From Heterodontus francisci (taxonomy: Eukaryota), in contig NC_090377.1 of assembly GCF_036365525.1 (NCBI RefSeq), positions 96,713,141 to 96,777,140 of the forward strand: a stretch of 64,000 nucleotides of DNA, written 5' to 3'. Both the position numbers and the translations under genes were made by a program. Positions 50,001 through 61,770 of this stretch are shown one piece after another. Numbering within the stretch: the first letter of the stretch is position 1; each line of letters begins with the position of its first letter. A model generated the notes under the pieces. It did no database searches. It worked only from the letters and a program-made list of their open reading frames with translations, and was not told the origin of the DNA.

Positions 50001-52032
50001 CTTGTAGCCATATGGCTGGCCTAGTTAAGTTTCTGGTCAATGGTAACCCCCAGGATGTTGATGGTGGGGGATTCAGCAGCAGTAATGTCATTGAACATCA
50101 AGGTGGCCATTGCCTAGCACTTGTGTGGCACGAATGTTGCTTGCCACTTACCAGCCCAAGCCTGAATGCTGTCCAGGTTTTGCTGCATGCAGGCACGGAT
50201 TGCTTCAGTCTCTAAGGAGTTGCGAATCATACAGAATACTGCAATCATCACTGGACATATCCATTTCAAATCTTAAATTGGAGGGAAGAAAATTGATGAA
50301 ACAACTGAAGATGGTTGGGCCTAGAACACTACCATGGGAACTTCTGCAGCAATGTCCTAGGGCTGAAATGATTGGCCTATAACAACCATAACCATCTTTC
50401 TTTGTGCTAGCTATGACTCCAACCAGTGAAGAGTTTCCCCCTAATTTCAATCAACTTTAATTTTGCTAGGGCTCCTTGAGGTCACACTCAGACAAATGCT
50501 GCCTTGATGTCAAGGGCAGTCACTCTCACCTCATGTCTAAAATTCAGCTCTTTTGTCCATATTTGGAACAAAAATGCCATGAGGTTTGGCCGAGTGGCCC
50601 TGGTGGAACAAATTGAGCATTGGTCAGCAAGTTATTGCTGAGCAAGTGCCGCTTGATACAGCTGTCGATGACACCTTCCATCACTTTGCTGATGACTGAG
50701 AGTAGACTGATGGGGCGGAAATCGGCCAGATTCGATTTGTCCTGCTTTCTGTGGACAGGAAATACCTGGGCAATTTTCCACATTACCTGGTAGATGCCAG
50801 TGTTGTAGCTGTACAGGACAGCTTGGCTAGGGGTGCAGCTAGTTTCTGCAGTATCCTCTTGCGGTGGTGGTATACTAGTTGCACATTGAAAGAGTGGAAC
50901 CCCTTCCATTTCACAAATGCATCTGGCTGTTCCAATGGAGCCTTAATCACCACATGGATGCAGTCCATTAAACCCTTGACCTGAGGAAATCCTGCCAGGG
51001 AGACAACAGCCCTCTGTGCTTGACTGGATGCATCAGTTTCAAACTAATGTACTGCTATGCCCTCCCAAACAAGGCATCCGTCACCTGGCTGATGCAGTGT
51101 GAACTGCAGATTGAGAGATCGGCAGACGTCAGCAGCTGAGTCAGACGCAAAAGAATTGAAAGCTACAGTCACCTTGACTGTCACGGATGGTGGGTGGCCA
51201 TCTGCTCCTATTGGCCTGAGGTCTTCCTCCAAGAGGGCTCGGAGATCTGCAATTACCTGACACGAATGCCACAGCCTTAAGAGGCACTGCTACTCTGAGA
51301 GGTCCAGGAAGCTGACCCTTGGCCTATCGACACTGTGCAGAGGATAGTGCCTGCTTCTAGGCACTGTGCTGTGGCCATCCTCTCTGTTGTGTCCAGATGC
51401 CTCTGGCTGTGTTGTCTGCTGCAGGTACTGTTCCTCTTGCAGTTGCTGTCCCTGCTGCTGAGCTGAAGGGTGCTGCAACAAATATTCAGTGGCCCACTCT
51501 ACTTCAGAATAAGTGGATCCCAAGTCACTGTGTAAGTTTCCAGGCGCATTAGTAAAAAGCCCCATTTAGGTATCCAAGTCTCCTCAATGAAATGGCACCA
51601 AGTTGCTTTTTCCAAACAGAATCTATTATATTTGCCTGAAGAACTTGCTCCTGTCAGCACAAGCCTTTGACAATGGCTGGCCTAAGGCTTGCTGCTTTCC
51701 CCCTTTATACTGGTCATTTAACGTAGGTTTCAGCCCTCAATGACTTTCCGCTGTGCACTCGCCTTCTCTAACTTGCCAAGTTGCCGACACAGCGTGTGAC
51801 CTGTGTGCCGCCAGGAAAGAAGCATTGCAAGCGTAAAAAGGCTCTTGATTGCCACTTTAATTGCCTCAATTGGCTCAGCCATGGGGGTTTCCAACTTCAC
51901 TCCCCGGCACCCCCTGGGAAAGGAAGGAAGGAGGCAGGAAGATGTTGGGATACTATCCCAATGGCAATTTCTGCTGTTTCCCCCACCCCCCAAATCAATC
52001 CCACCTCCACTGGCCTGGGAAAATTCCACTCC
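47035..52032. mobile_element. Decayed autonomous PIF/Harbinger transposon 2
   Basis: Imperfect TIR GGGGTGGAAT / ATTCCACTCC; Myb/SANT remnant on + (~47320-47540, LFPEDGRR...AWLEVTEEVS...QCRFNDL); transposase on - (MDCIHVVIKAP...KGFHSFNVQLV at 50856-51300, continuing at ~49010-49415). Confidence 0.82.
49418..50855 (-). mobile_element. LINE-A 3' half inserted in the Harbinger 2 transposase
   Basis: WKIAQVFPVHRKQ...FRPISLL, LINE-A tail and poly-A. Confidence 0.88.
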
Positions 52033-52459
52033 AGATCCACATGGGCACACTTTAAAATACGTTGCAGTAGAGGGAGAGTTCTACTATGGAATTTGTTCTG
52101 AAGTAGAATCCATATCAGAGTTACCCCAGCACAGCAGAAATATTTCACATTTCAAATGTTAATTATTTTACATATGACATAAATAAATTTTCAATTCAAG
52201 AATTCAAATAATCAGTAGAATTATATTTGTTTTCAGTGATTTTGAAAATATCACCAAACAAAATAAATATTCAAACCAATGACAACAATCTATTACTAAA
52301 AATAACAAAAATGAGACAATGTAGGAGTCTCAATTAGTCTTAAAATTGCAATTAGCTCTTCAGAATCTGAGTTGGTTTAAATTTTAAAAGACTTCAAATG
52401 CATGTGCATTTTCTTTTGAATAGTTAAGTCTGCACTTATGTTTCAAATGCATTCCTCAC

Positions 52460-52577
52460 CCCACGATGCAAGGCTGTGCAGCCTTGTTTATCTGCTGCAT
52501 CTATATTTGCACCTTTTTCAAGTAACAGAATGACAGCATCGATGTGTCCATTAGCAACTGCAAGCATCAGTGGTGTC
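52460..52577 (-). CDS. ANKRD44: ANKRD44 exon [15 protein letters not shown]...GCTALHRG
   Basis: CTAG|G acceptor, GGG|GTGAG donor; 118 nt, phase 2/0. Confidence 0.94.
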
Positions 52578-52699
52578 CTAGTTAAGATTGTTTTTAAAAA
52601 GAAAGAATAGTTAACCTGTTATCTCATAACATTTAAATCAGGAGTATTTTAAAATAATCAGAACACAGAATGAAAGAGTTAGCAATTGAATTATGGTAA

Positions 52700-54275
52700 A
52701 AAAAAAGGAGGTTGCTGGGATACTAGATGAGATAAAAATAGATAGAGGTACTAGAAAGGCTGGAAATACTGAAAGTGGTTCAGTCACCTAATCTGGATAG
52801 AATGTATCCTAGGTTGCTGAGGGAAGTAAAGGTAGGAATTGCAGGGGTGCTGATCATAATCTTCCAATCCTCCTTAGATACAGGGATGGTGCCAAAAGAC
52901 TGGAGGATTGCAAATATTACACCTTTGTTTGAAAAAGGGGAGAAGGATAAATCTGGCATTACAGGTCAGTTTAATGCCAGTGGTAGGAGGCTTTTAGAAA
53001 AATCTGAGAAAATTAACAGCCACTTGGACATGTACGGACTAATAAAGGAGAGCCAGCACAGATTTGTTAAAGACAAATCATGTTTGACTAACTTGATTTG
53101 AGTTTTTTTTGATGAGGGTAACAGAGAGGGTGGATGAGGGCAGTAAAGTTGATGCTATGGATATGGACTTCGACTTTGATAAAGTACTACATATTAGGCT
53201 TGTTAGCAAAATTGTAGCCTGTAGGATAAAGGGGCAGTAGAAGCATGGAAACAAAACTGGCTAAAGGTTAAACAGAAAGTTGTGGTGAATTGCTGTTTTT
53301 CCAGACTTGAGGGTGGTGGAACGGATTTACCCAAGATTCAATACTATGACCACTGCTACTTTTGATATACATTAATGATTTGGACTTGGAAGTACAGGCC
53401 ACAATTTCAGAATATGCAAATGGCATGAAACTTGGAAGTGTAGTAAACAGTAAGGAAGATTGTAATAGATTTTAAGAGGACAAAGGCTGGTGGCAATGGC
53501 AGATGAAATACAATACAGAAAAGTGTGAGGTGATACATTTTGGCAGAAATGCTAAATGGTACCATTTTTAAGAGGGTGCAAGAAGAGAGAGACTTGGGGT
53601 GTTTGTGCACAAATCTTTAAAGGCAGCAGGATTAACAAAGCAGCTAATAAAGCATATTGGATCCTGAGCTTTTCAAATAATGGCAGAGTGTAAAAAAGCC
53701 AGGAAGTTATGCTAAACACGTTTGACCCCAGATGGAGTATTGTGTCCAATTCTGAGCACCACACTTTAGGAAGGACGTGAAGGCTTTGGACAGGGTACAT
53801 AAGAGATTTACTAGAATGGTTCCAGGGATGAGGGATTACAATTACGTGGATAGACTGGAGAAGCTGAGGTTATTTCCTGAGAGCAGAGAAGGTCAAGAGG
53901 AGATTTGTTAGAGCTATTTAAAATCATGAAGGGTTTAGATAGAGTAAGCAATGAGAAACTGTTTCCAATGGTGGAAGGGTCAGTAACCAGAGAGCACAGA
54001 TGTAAGGTGATTGACAAAAGAACCAGAAGCAAGATGAGGAAATCATTTTTATGTAATGAGTGGTTAGGATTTTGAATGCACTTCCTGATAGGGTGGTGAA
54101 TACAGATTCAATAGTAGCCTGAAAAGGGAATTTGATAACTACTTGAGGGGGAAAAAAATTACATGGACATGAGTTAAGTGCGGGGAAGTGGAACTAACCT
54201 GAGTGCTCTTCGAAAGAGCTGGCACAGACTTGATGGGCTGAATGACCTCCTTCTGTGCTTTAATATACTATGACA
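52700..54275 (+). mobile_element. CR1 LINE 3' half, decayed
   Basis: MYPRLLREV...WRIANITPLF; CR1 tail. Confidence 0.88.
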
Positions 54276-54415
54276 AATATAACTGATCTTTTGGAGGCAG
54301 AGTAGAGAAATCCCAGTTATGCTGAGCATTATTAAAAATCACTTCCAGAAAAAAGGCTCTAAATATTACCAGGGTAAAAGTAGTTTTTAAAAATAAAATC
54401 ATTATATCTACTTAC

Positions 54416-54503
54416 TGTCCTTTGCCATCTGTCACATCAACCGCATCCAAGTCACCTGCACCCTCTATTAACATGCGCAGGCATGTTGTATGACCATTGG
54501 ACA
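54416..54503 (-). CDS. ANKRD44: ANKRD44 exon VSNGHTTCLRMLIEGAGDLDAVDVTDGKGQ
   Basis: TATAG|TG acceptor, CA|GTAAG donor; 88 nt, phase 1/2 fits neighbouring exons. Confidence 0.93.
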
Positions 54504-56462
54504 CTATACAACAGAAAATAGACTGACATTTACTCCCCTTTGCGACGCCACTCTGTTCACACAAAGAATAAGACTGCATCATGAGTTTGAGAAAATAATG
54601 ACAACAAAGGAATATTACGATTTTGTACACTTAGGTTGTGTTTTACAAGTACTTATTACACGGACAGCAGTCCATTCCCTCCTCCCTCCATTGAGCAAAC
54701 AGTCTGATTACTTAGTCATAGAATTTGATAGCCTCAGCCTATTCACCATTATTTTCCTGTTTAACTTTTAATGCCTGCATCAATCCTCATGGTAAAGATG
54801 GAGTATATTTCAGCACTTGTAAAAAAAAAAAGTAAAATTTAAGATCAGGAGAAACATTGAATGTTTCAGTCATGATATACACATGCTAAATATAATGAGA
54901 CTACCATTTAAATATATGCAGCTTGACTGATGCTTTGGTAATCTGAAGCTGCCAATGTAGTGTGAATTCTAGCCTCTGAATGTGGATTATGAAGAGATGA
55001 AAAATAAATGTAAACCAATCGTCAAAGGTTTACTGTACGTGCTAAGTATTTGATATGTAATATATTTGCATGTGGACAATTTGATCAGTTATTCAAAATC
55101 ACATCTGTGGCTGAATCAGTCTATAGAATCAAATTTTAAAAAAAACAATTATATACAAATTAAGAACTTATTTAATATTGAATGTTACTGTGGAAATGTC
55201 TAATGGAAAATGTGTGACTCAATGCAAATGCCATTACTGAAGTGTCTGAACAGTGCCAAGACGAGAGGTTTTTACTAGTATGAAAAATTTGATAAAGGAC
55301 CTGGTGTTCATTTCCTGCTTACCCCTCTCAAATACACAAAGTTAGATGATTGGTTTCAAGACCACATTTCTGGCATAACCTTTGCACATAGTAAAATGCC
55401 AGAATTAATCCAGAATAGCTAAGAAATTTAAAGAACCTCAAAGGCATCTAATGAATAATGCTCACAAATATCAAGCCCTTCCCCTGCATACTTGGCAATC
55501 TTTTTCACTAAAGCTCTTAGAGACAAACTTGAAAACAGGCACATAGAACTCCACATCCAATCCCGAAGAAGTAGAAGGAAGCTAGGTTGCATCATAGATT
55601 CTCCAAACAGGGAAAAACTAATATCAGTTGTACCACTGGATTTAGAGAAAAAGCCAGATGATTTCCCCTTGGGGAGGAAGGAATAGAAGGAGAAATTGGA
55701 CAAGACACCTGCTTACTCTTGCCTCAGAACCAATCACAGATTGCCACTGGCAAAGACCTTAGAGAAGTTCACCTGCATTCCCTTCAACAAAATGGATATA
55801 TAACCCAGAAGAATGTAAACAGATATTGCACAACATTAATAAAAGTTGAATTGGGTCACAGCAGATGAGTAGACTGTCCTTTCAATTCTGGGATCCATGC
55901 TACCGTCCAATGATATGAAGAGATGAGATGCAAATCTCATGTTAAATATCAGGTCCAAAGTGAGTTTCAGCTAGGTCTCATTGGGCATGAGTCAATTGCA
56001 TAAAACTGCCATTAAATTGCCATCTTCACTCAAAAAGGACAAAAGGATGATGTCTGTGTTTTAGAAATGGCATAATTATGTAGGTTAGAGGCTGCCGAAA
56101 CTTAGAACATAGCACATGGGAAAAAAAGGCTGTAGATTCTATATTCACCCAACCACGGACTTCATAAAATGTATTTATATTCCGAGAAAGGGTTCTACAA
56201 AATTTCTCACTACCGCTCAAAGATGACAAAGCAAAACTCCAAAATATCTGTCTGAACTTTCAAGTTGCACTACTGTTCTGCAATTTTCTTTCTCTAGCAG
56301 AGTTACATGATCCCACCAACTAAGGAAACATTAATTTCAACAATAATATTAATTTCTATAAAGTAACTGATCACCTCGCTCTATACTACACCTAAAATTC
56401 ACTGGTGATATGTTATAATTCAACCATAAGTTAACTGAAAAATAAAAGATATGTAGAAGTAC

Positions 56463-56664
56463 CTGCTGCATGAAGTGGGGTTCTCTTAGCCACACTGTCT
56501 TTTACTAGGATGGAAGCACCTTGATTAATGAGGGCTTCGACACATTCAGAGTGACCTCTAAAGGATGATAAATCTAAGGCTGTACGTCCATTCATGTCTT
56601 TCACATCAAGGTCAATAATGGAATGAATAAGTACTTCAAGTGCTTGGTGATGACCATTATAGGC
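56463..56664 (-). CDS. ANKRD44: ANKRD44 coding exon (first in window), AYNGHHQALEVLIHS...KRTPLHAA
   Basis: Ankyrin-repeat translation; acceptor TCTTAG|GCC, donor G|GTACT; 202 nt, phase 0/1. Confidence 0.93.
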
Positions 56665-56784
56665 CTAAGAAAGAAGATAAATCAGAGCAGAGAAGAAAAA
56701 TTTAGTGAAGAGTTTTGAAGTGGAGTAATATTGTGCTGAATGTTTCTTATTACATTGTCCAACAGAATCAAAGTAAACCACATC

Positions 56785-57130
56785 ACCTTGTATTTATATA
56801 GCACCATTAATGTAATAAAAAGTCCCCAGGCGCTTCACAGGAGCATTATAAAGCAAAGTATGACACCGAACCCCAAAAGGAGATATTAGGTCAGCTGACC
56901 AAAAGCTTAGTCAAAGAGGTAGGTTTTAAGGAGTGTCTTAAAGGAGGAAGTGAGCTAGGGAGGCAGAGAGGTGTAGGGAAGTTTTCCACAGCTTGGGGCC
57001 TAGGCAACTGAAGTCACAGCCACCAATGGTGCAGGGAGTAAAATCAGGGATGCTCAAGAGACCAGAATATGAGAAGAACAGATATCTTGGAGAGTTGTGG
57101 GCTGGAGGAGATTACAGAGATAGGGAATCG
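56785..57130 (-). mobile_element. L2 3' fragment
   Basis: Homologous to 8040-8351. Confidence 0.82.
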
Positions 57131-59479
57131 CAGAGGCAGTGATTGGATGGTTTCAATCTTGGTGACAAAGAATAATAATCAACTTACAGCCAAATGCAAA
57201 GGGCTCTTTGGAGCTGCTGAATCAGAGTCATCAAAACTGTGCCCAGTAGCCTCCATAAGCTATAAAAGAAAAATTACTCGTGTTAAAAAAAATTACCATA
57301 GAAACAATACCTAAACACTTAAAAACAAATTTAATGTGGCAAATAAAGGTGTTGTACAAAAATATACAGCTGACATTCCTGAACAATAATACAGCTTGCA
57401 GAACTGAACTCAACTAAAATTGGTATTAAAAATTACAATTGTTCATAGACTTGTAGAATTGCTCATGAAAATTGTTTGTTTGCTCACATAACTAATATTT
57501 CACATTGTGTTATACCTAGAGAAAATTTATTGAAATAAATTTAAACCCATAAACATATCTTCATGCAAAAGATTGGAAATTTGAAAGCTCAGTTTTAATT
57601 AGGCAACCAAAAACAAGCAGAAAGTTGTCAATATAGCCATGTAAAATCTCTATGTGCTGAAATTGCAGGTTACTTTATTGCTGTCATATTATCAAAAAGT
57701 TCAGAAATTTAGTCACATGCCCTAACCAAGCATTAAAGATGATGCTTCTACTGTTCAAACAAAAACTATGGATATCTGAACATGTTATGGAAACAAATGA
57801 GAATGAACTGCATTTCAGCAAAAATAGGCACCTGAATGAAACAAAAACGCAACAATTAAAAGAAAAATGATGTGCCATAACATCAACACATATTGCTCAT
57901 GTGAAGATGGGGAAAATAATACTAGGAATAGGGTCACATCTTTGATAAATTCTTTTGGGAACATTAAAAAAACACAGCTGTATATTCAGGTATTATAAAC
58001 AAGTGTCCAGGACTTGAAAGCCACACAATTTTTTAAAATAAGGTTTTTAAATTCCAAATACTTATTTATAAGGTCTGAGTGCGTGGGTGTGCTTTTTATA
58101 GCTAATTTATCAAAAATAAATTGCGATATCAATATTTGTGCAGAATATATTTTGCTTCAAAGGTACAATAGACCCAATGGTATGTTTTAAAGAAGCACGT
58201 TCAAATTCTTATGGAACTACTATTCTCATCTGGTCACAAAAAAGAGACCATGAGTTGCAGTTACAGTGCTGTAGCCCATCTCCGACTCATGCTCTTTTTC
58301 ATCATAGCACCTTGTGGGAAGTGAAGCACTGTTGAATCTAGCCTCTATAGCGCACATCTATCTCTCTTGCATTTAATTATAATAATTCTGTACACAATAG
58401 TGTCTTGGTGCCAGAGATATGTACAGCAGAAACATGACCTCAGGGAACACTGAAACCCCATTGCAACAAATCTGCACCATTTAAAAAAAAAAGCCTTGAA
58501 GTTTCACATTTAGAAAATATTTAGGAAATTTGAAGTCTTGTAGCTTACTGCAGCAGAAAATCACAGCATGCATTGTACAGAATAATTAAATGAGAACTGC
58601 ACAGAAGGATGTTCCATGTATGATCAAATTCATTCCAATGAAAAAGAGTAAAAGTATCATGCAGTCACTTTACAATTACTTACAAACTCCAAGGAGTTTT
58701 TGCTGGCAATCTAATTAAAAAAGTAGATGTTAAAATAATGGCAATATACATAGAAATAAAAATGACAATATGGAAATGAACTTCAGTTCTTCAGTTTGAA
58801 CAATAAAAATTACTTCTGATAGTCATTGATTTTAATTAACACATTTAATTAGGAGAATGTCCATTCAGATAGACACATTAAAAAAAAATCATTTCCAGGA
58901 TGGTCCTGTTTTTGGCATTTAAGGTAAATTGTGTTTACTTTGATTGCACTCAATTGTTGCTGGAAAATAAATAATCAAGGCTAAACAACATTTGCTTACA
59001 TTATGTGCTAACTGTGCTCTTCATAAATTTAATAATGATTTTGAGATTGCAACTACATCAACATTTGCTCTAATACTGAATAGCAACAAGAGCCTCCTGT
59101 GCAATTTACCCAATCAATGCACATGAACAATACGAGCATGTTTATTTAGTGGTATGATTGGTTGTTAATCGACAAATTATTTAAAAAAGTAATATTTAAA
59201 AATAATAAGGCAACAATTCTTACTGCTATTGATTTCTACAGCTTTATTTATTCAAGTGGTTGTTGTGTTTATGAAAACTGTCCGCACATAGCAACCTCCA
59301 TTGAATCAGAACAGGACCAATCAGCAAGAATGATGATCGTGGCTTTCACATTTTAGACATGTTCATAACTTAGCTCTTAAAAATCAGTGCCATTTTTTTT
59401 TCAAATGTGGCCAATAAATAAAACTATTCCAAATTGATATTTGGAGCACTAAATTCCCATTTTCAGTTAAGAAGATTTT

Positions 59480-61500
59480 CAAGGTCATCCAGGCACCACA
59501 GGAAAAGGCCATGCCACAATTCAAGTCTCTTTTGCCATTTAATTAGATCATGGCTGATCTGTACCTCAACTCCATTTATGTGCTATAGTCCCATATTCCA
59601 CAATATACTGAACCAATCAAAAAACTACTGATCTCAGTCTTGAAAATTTCAAGTTTCAGTTTCTCTGGATTTACCTGATTGAATCCCTTTATCATTTAAA
59701 CACCTTGATTAAATCAGTTCTCAATGTTCTAAACTCAAGGAAATACAAACCAATTTATGCAGCTTGTCATAATTTAACCCTTAAAGCGCTGGTATTTTGC
59801 TGAATCTGCACTTATAGCCCTTTCAAAGTCAATACATTGCCCCGAGCCTCGGTGCCCAAAACTGAATGCAGTCTTTCAGATCGGGTCTAACTTAGGTTCC
59901 GTACAACTGAAGCATCAGCAGTGAATTCCAAACCCCCTGAAATAAAAGCCAACATTTCATTAGCTTTTCTGAATCCTTTTTGTAGCATGCATTAGCTTAG
60001 AGTCATTTGTGTTCATAGACAGCTAAATCCCTTTGCCCCATCACAGTACCTCGTCTCTCTAAGTATGAATGGAGGAATGTGACTAGTGATGTTCCGCAGG
60101 GATCAGCGCTGGGACCTTTGCTGTTTGTAGTATATATAAATGATTTGGAGGAAAACGTAGCTGGTCTGATTAATAAGTTTGCAGACGACACAAAGGTTGG
60201 TGGAGTTGCGGATAGTGATGAGGATTGTCAGAGGATGCAGCAGTATATAGATCGGTTGGAGACTTGGGCGGAGAAATGGCAGATGGAGTTTAATCCGGAC
60301 AAATGTGAGGTAATGCATTTTGGAAGATCTAATACAGGTGAGATGTACACAGTAAATGGCAGAACCCTTACGAGTATTGACAGGCAGAGAGATCTGGGCG
60401 TACAGGTCGACAGATCACTGAAAGTGGCAACGCAGGTGATTAAGGTAGTCATGAAGGCATACGGCATGCTTGCCTTCATCGGTCGGGGTATAGAGTATAA
60501 AAATTGGCAAGTCATGCTGCAGCTGTACAGAACCTTAGTTAGGCCACACTTGGAATGTTGCGTACAATTCTGGTCACCACACTACCAGAAGGATGTGGAG
60601 GCTTTGGAGAGGGCACAGAAGAGGTTTACCAGGATGTTGCCTGGTCTGGAGGGTATTAGCTATGAGGAGTGGATGGATAAACTTGGATTGTTTTCACTGG
60701 AACGACGGAGGTGGAGGGGCGACATGATAGAGGTTTACAAAATTATGAGTGGCATGGACAGAGTGGATAGTCAGAAGCTTTTACCCAGGGTGGAAGAGTC
60801 AGTTACTAGAGGACATAGGTTTAAGGTGCGAGGGGCAAAGTTTAGAGGGGATGTGCAGGGCAAGTTTGTTTTTTTTACATAGGGTGGTGAGTGCCTGGAA
60901 TTTGCTGCCGGGGGAGGTGGTGGAAGCAGGTACGACAGAAGGTTTTAGTTTAGACAGGCATCAAGATTGGCGCAGGCTTGGAGTGCCGAATGGCCTGTTC
61001 CTGTGCTGTTCTTTGTTCTTTATTCTGATTTACCTTTCTCAGATCCAAAGTCAAAAACCTCACACTTCATCACATTGCAATCCATCTGCCATAGTTTTGC
61101 TTTTAATTTGTCTATGCCCCTTTGTAACTGCCACTTCCCATCCACACAACTCCTAACCATACCACCTACAAACTTGGATATACAACTTCAAGTCATTAAA
61201 ATGTGTGTGTACTGATGAGGCCGCAGTACAGATCTCTCAGAAACACCATTCGTCACTTCCTGACAATCAGAGAACAAACTATCGCTACTCTTTATCTCCT
61301 ACCTCCTAAGTAATTACCAACCCACATCACAAGGTTACCTCCAATTCTGTGCACTCACATTTTTCCTAATAATCTCTTGGGCTGAACTTTATCAAATACC
61401 ATTTGGATGTGCATACAAACAACATCCATGAATACGGGGCTACCACAATACGAGTGACCTCCTCAAAAAATTCAACTGGATCAGTCATGCGTGATCTGTC
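59480..61500 (-). mobile_element. Old CR1 remnant interrupted by a younger CR1
   Basis: Decayed RT C-terminus at 59480-60060 and 61040-61500 (DPVEFFEEVT). Confidence 0.6.
60065..61015 (+). mobile_element. Young CR1 3' fragment
   Basis: Open 267-aa frame with VPQGSALGP, KFADD, LVRPHLECCVQFWSP. Confidence 0.92.
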
Positions 61501-61504
61501 CTCC

Positions 61505-61770
61505 CCAAATCCACACTGACAATATACAGTTGGGAGGGAGTGCCCTGGGAGTCCCCAGCATTGACTCCAGACCACATGAAGTCTCAGGGCATCAAATCAA
61601 ACATTGGCCAGGAAATATCCTGATTACCACCTATCGTACTCCCTCAGCTAACGAGTCAGTACTCCTCCATGTTGAACACCACCAGGAAGAAGCACTGAGA
61701 GTAGCAAAGACAATGTACTTTGGGTAGGAGACTTTCACATTCATGACTAAGAGTGGCTCGGTAACACCAC
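61505..61770 (+). mobile_element. LINE-A APE fragment
   Basis: LGVPSIDSRPHEVS...VLLHVEHH, homologous to 36890-37105. Confidence 0.8.

Noticed and set aside
55428-55760. Short ORFs in a less AT-rich unique-looking patch
   Set aside because: No recognisable domain, splice context or TE hallmark; cannot support a call
2282-56664. Assignment to ANKRD28 or ANKRD52
   Set aside because: [21 protein letters not shown] and the terminal NDSDSETF fit ANKRD44 best as recalled; phylogeny or synteny would confirm
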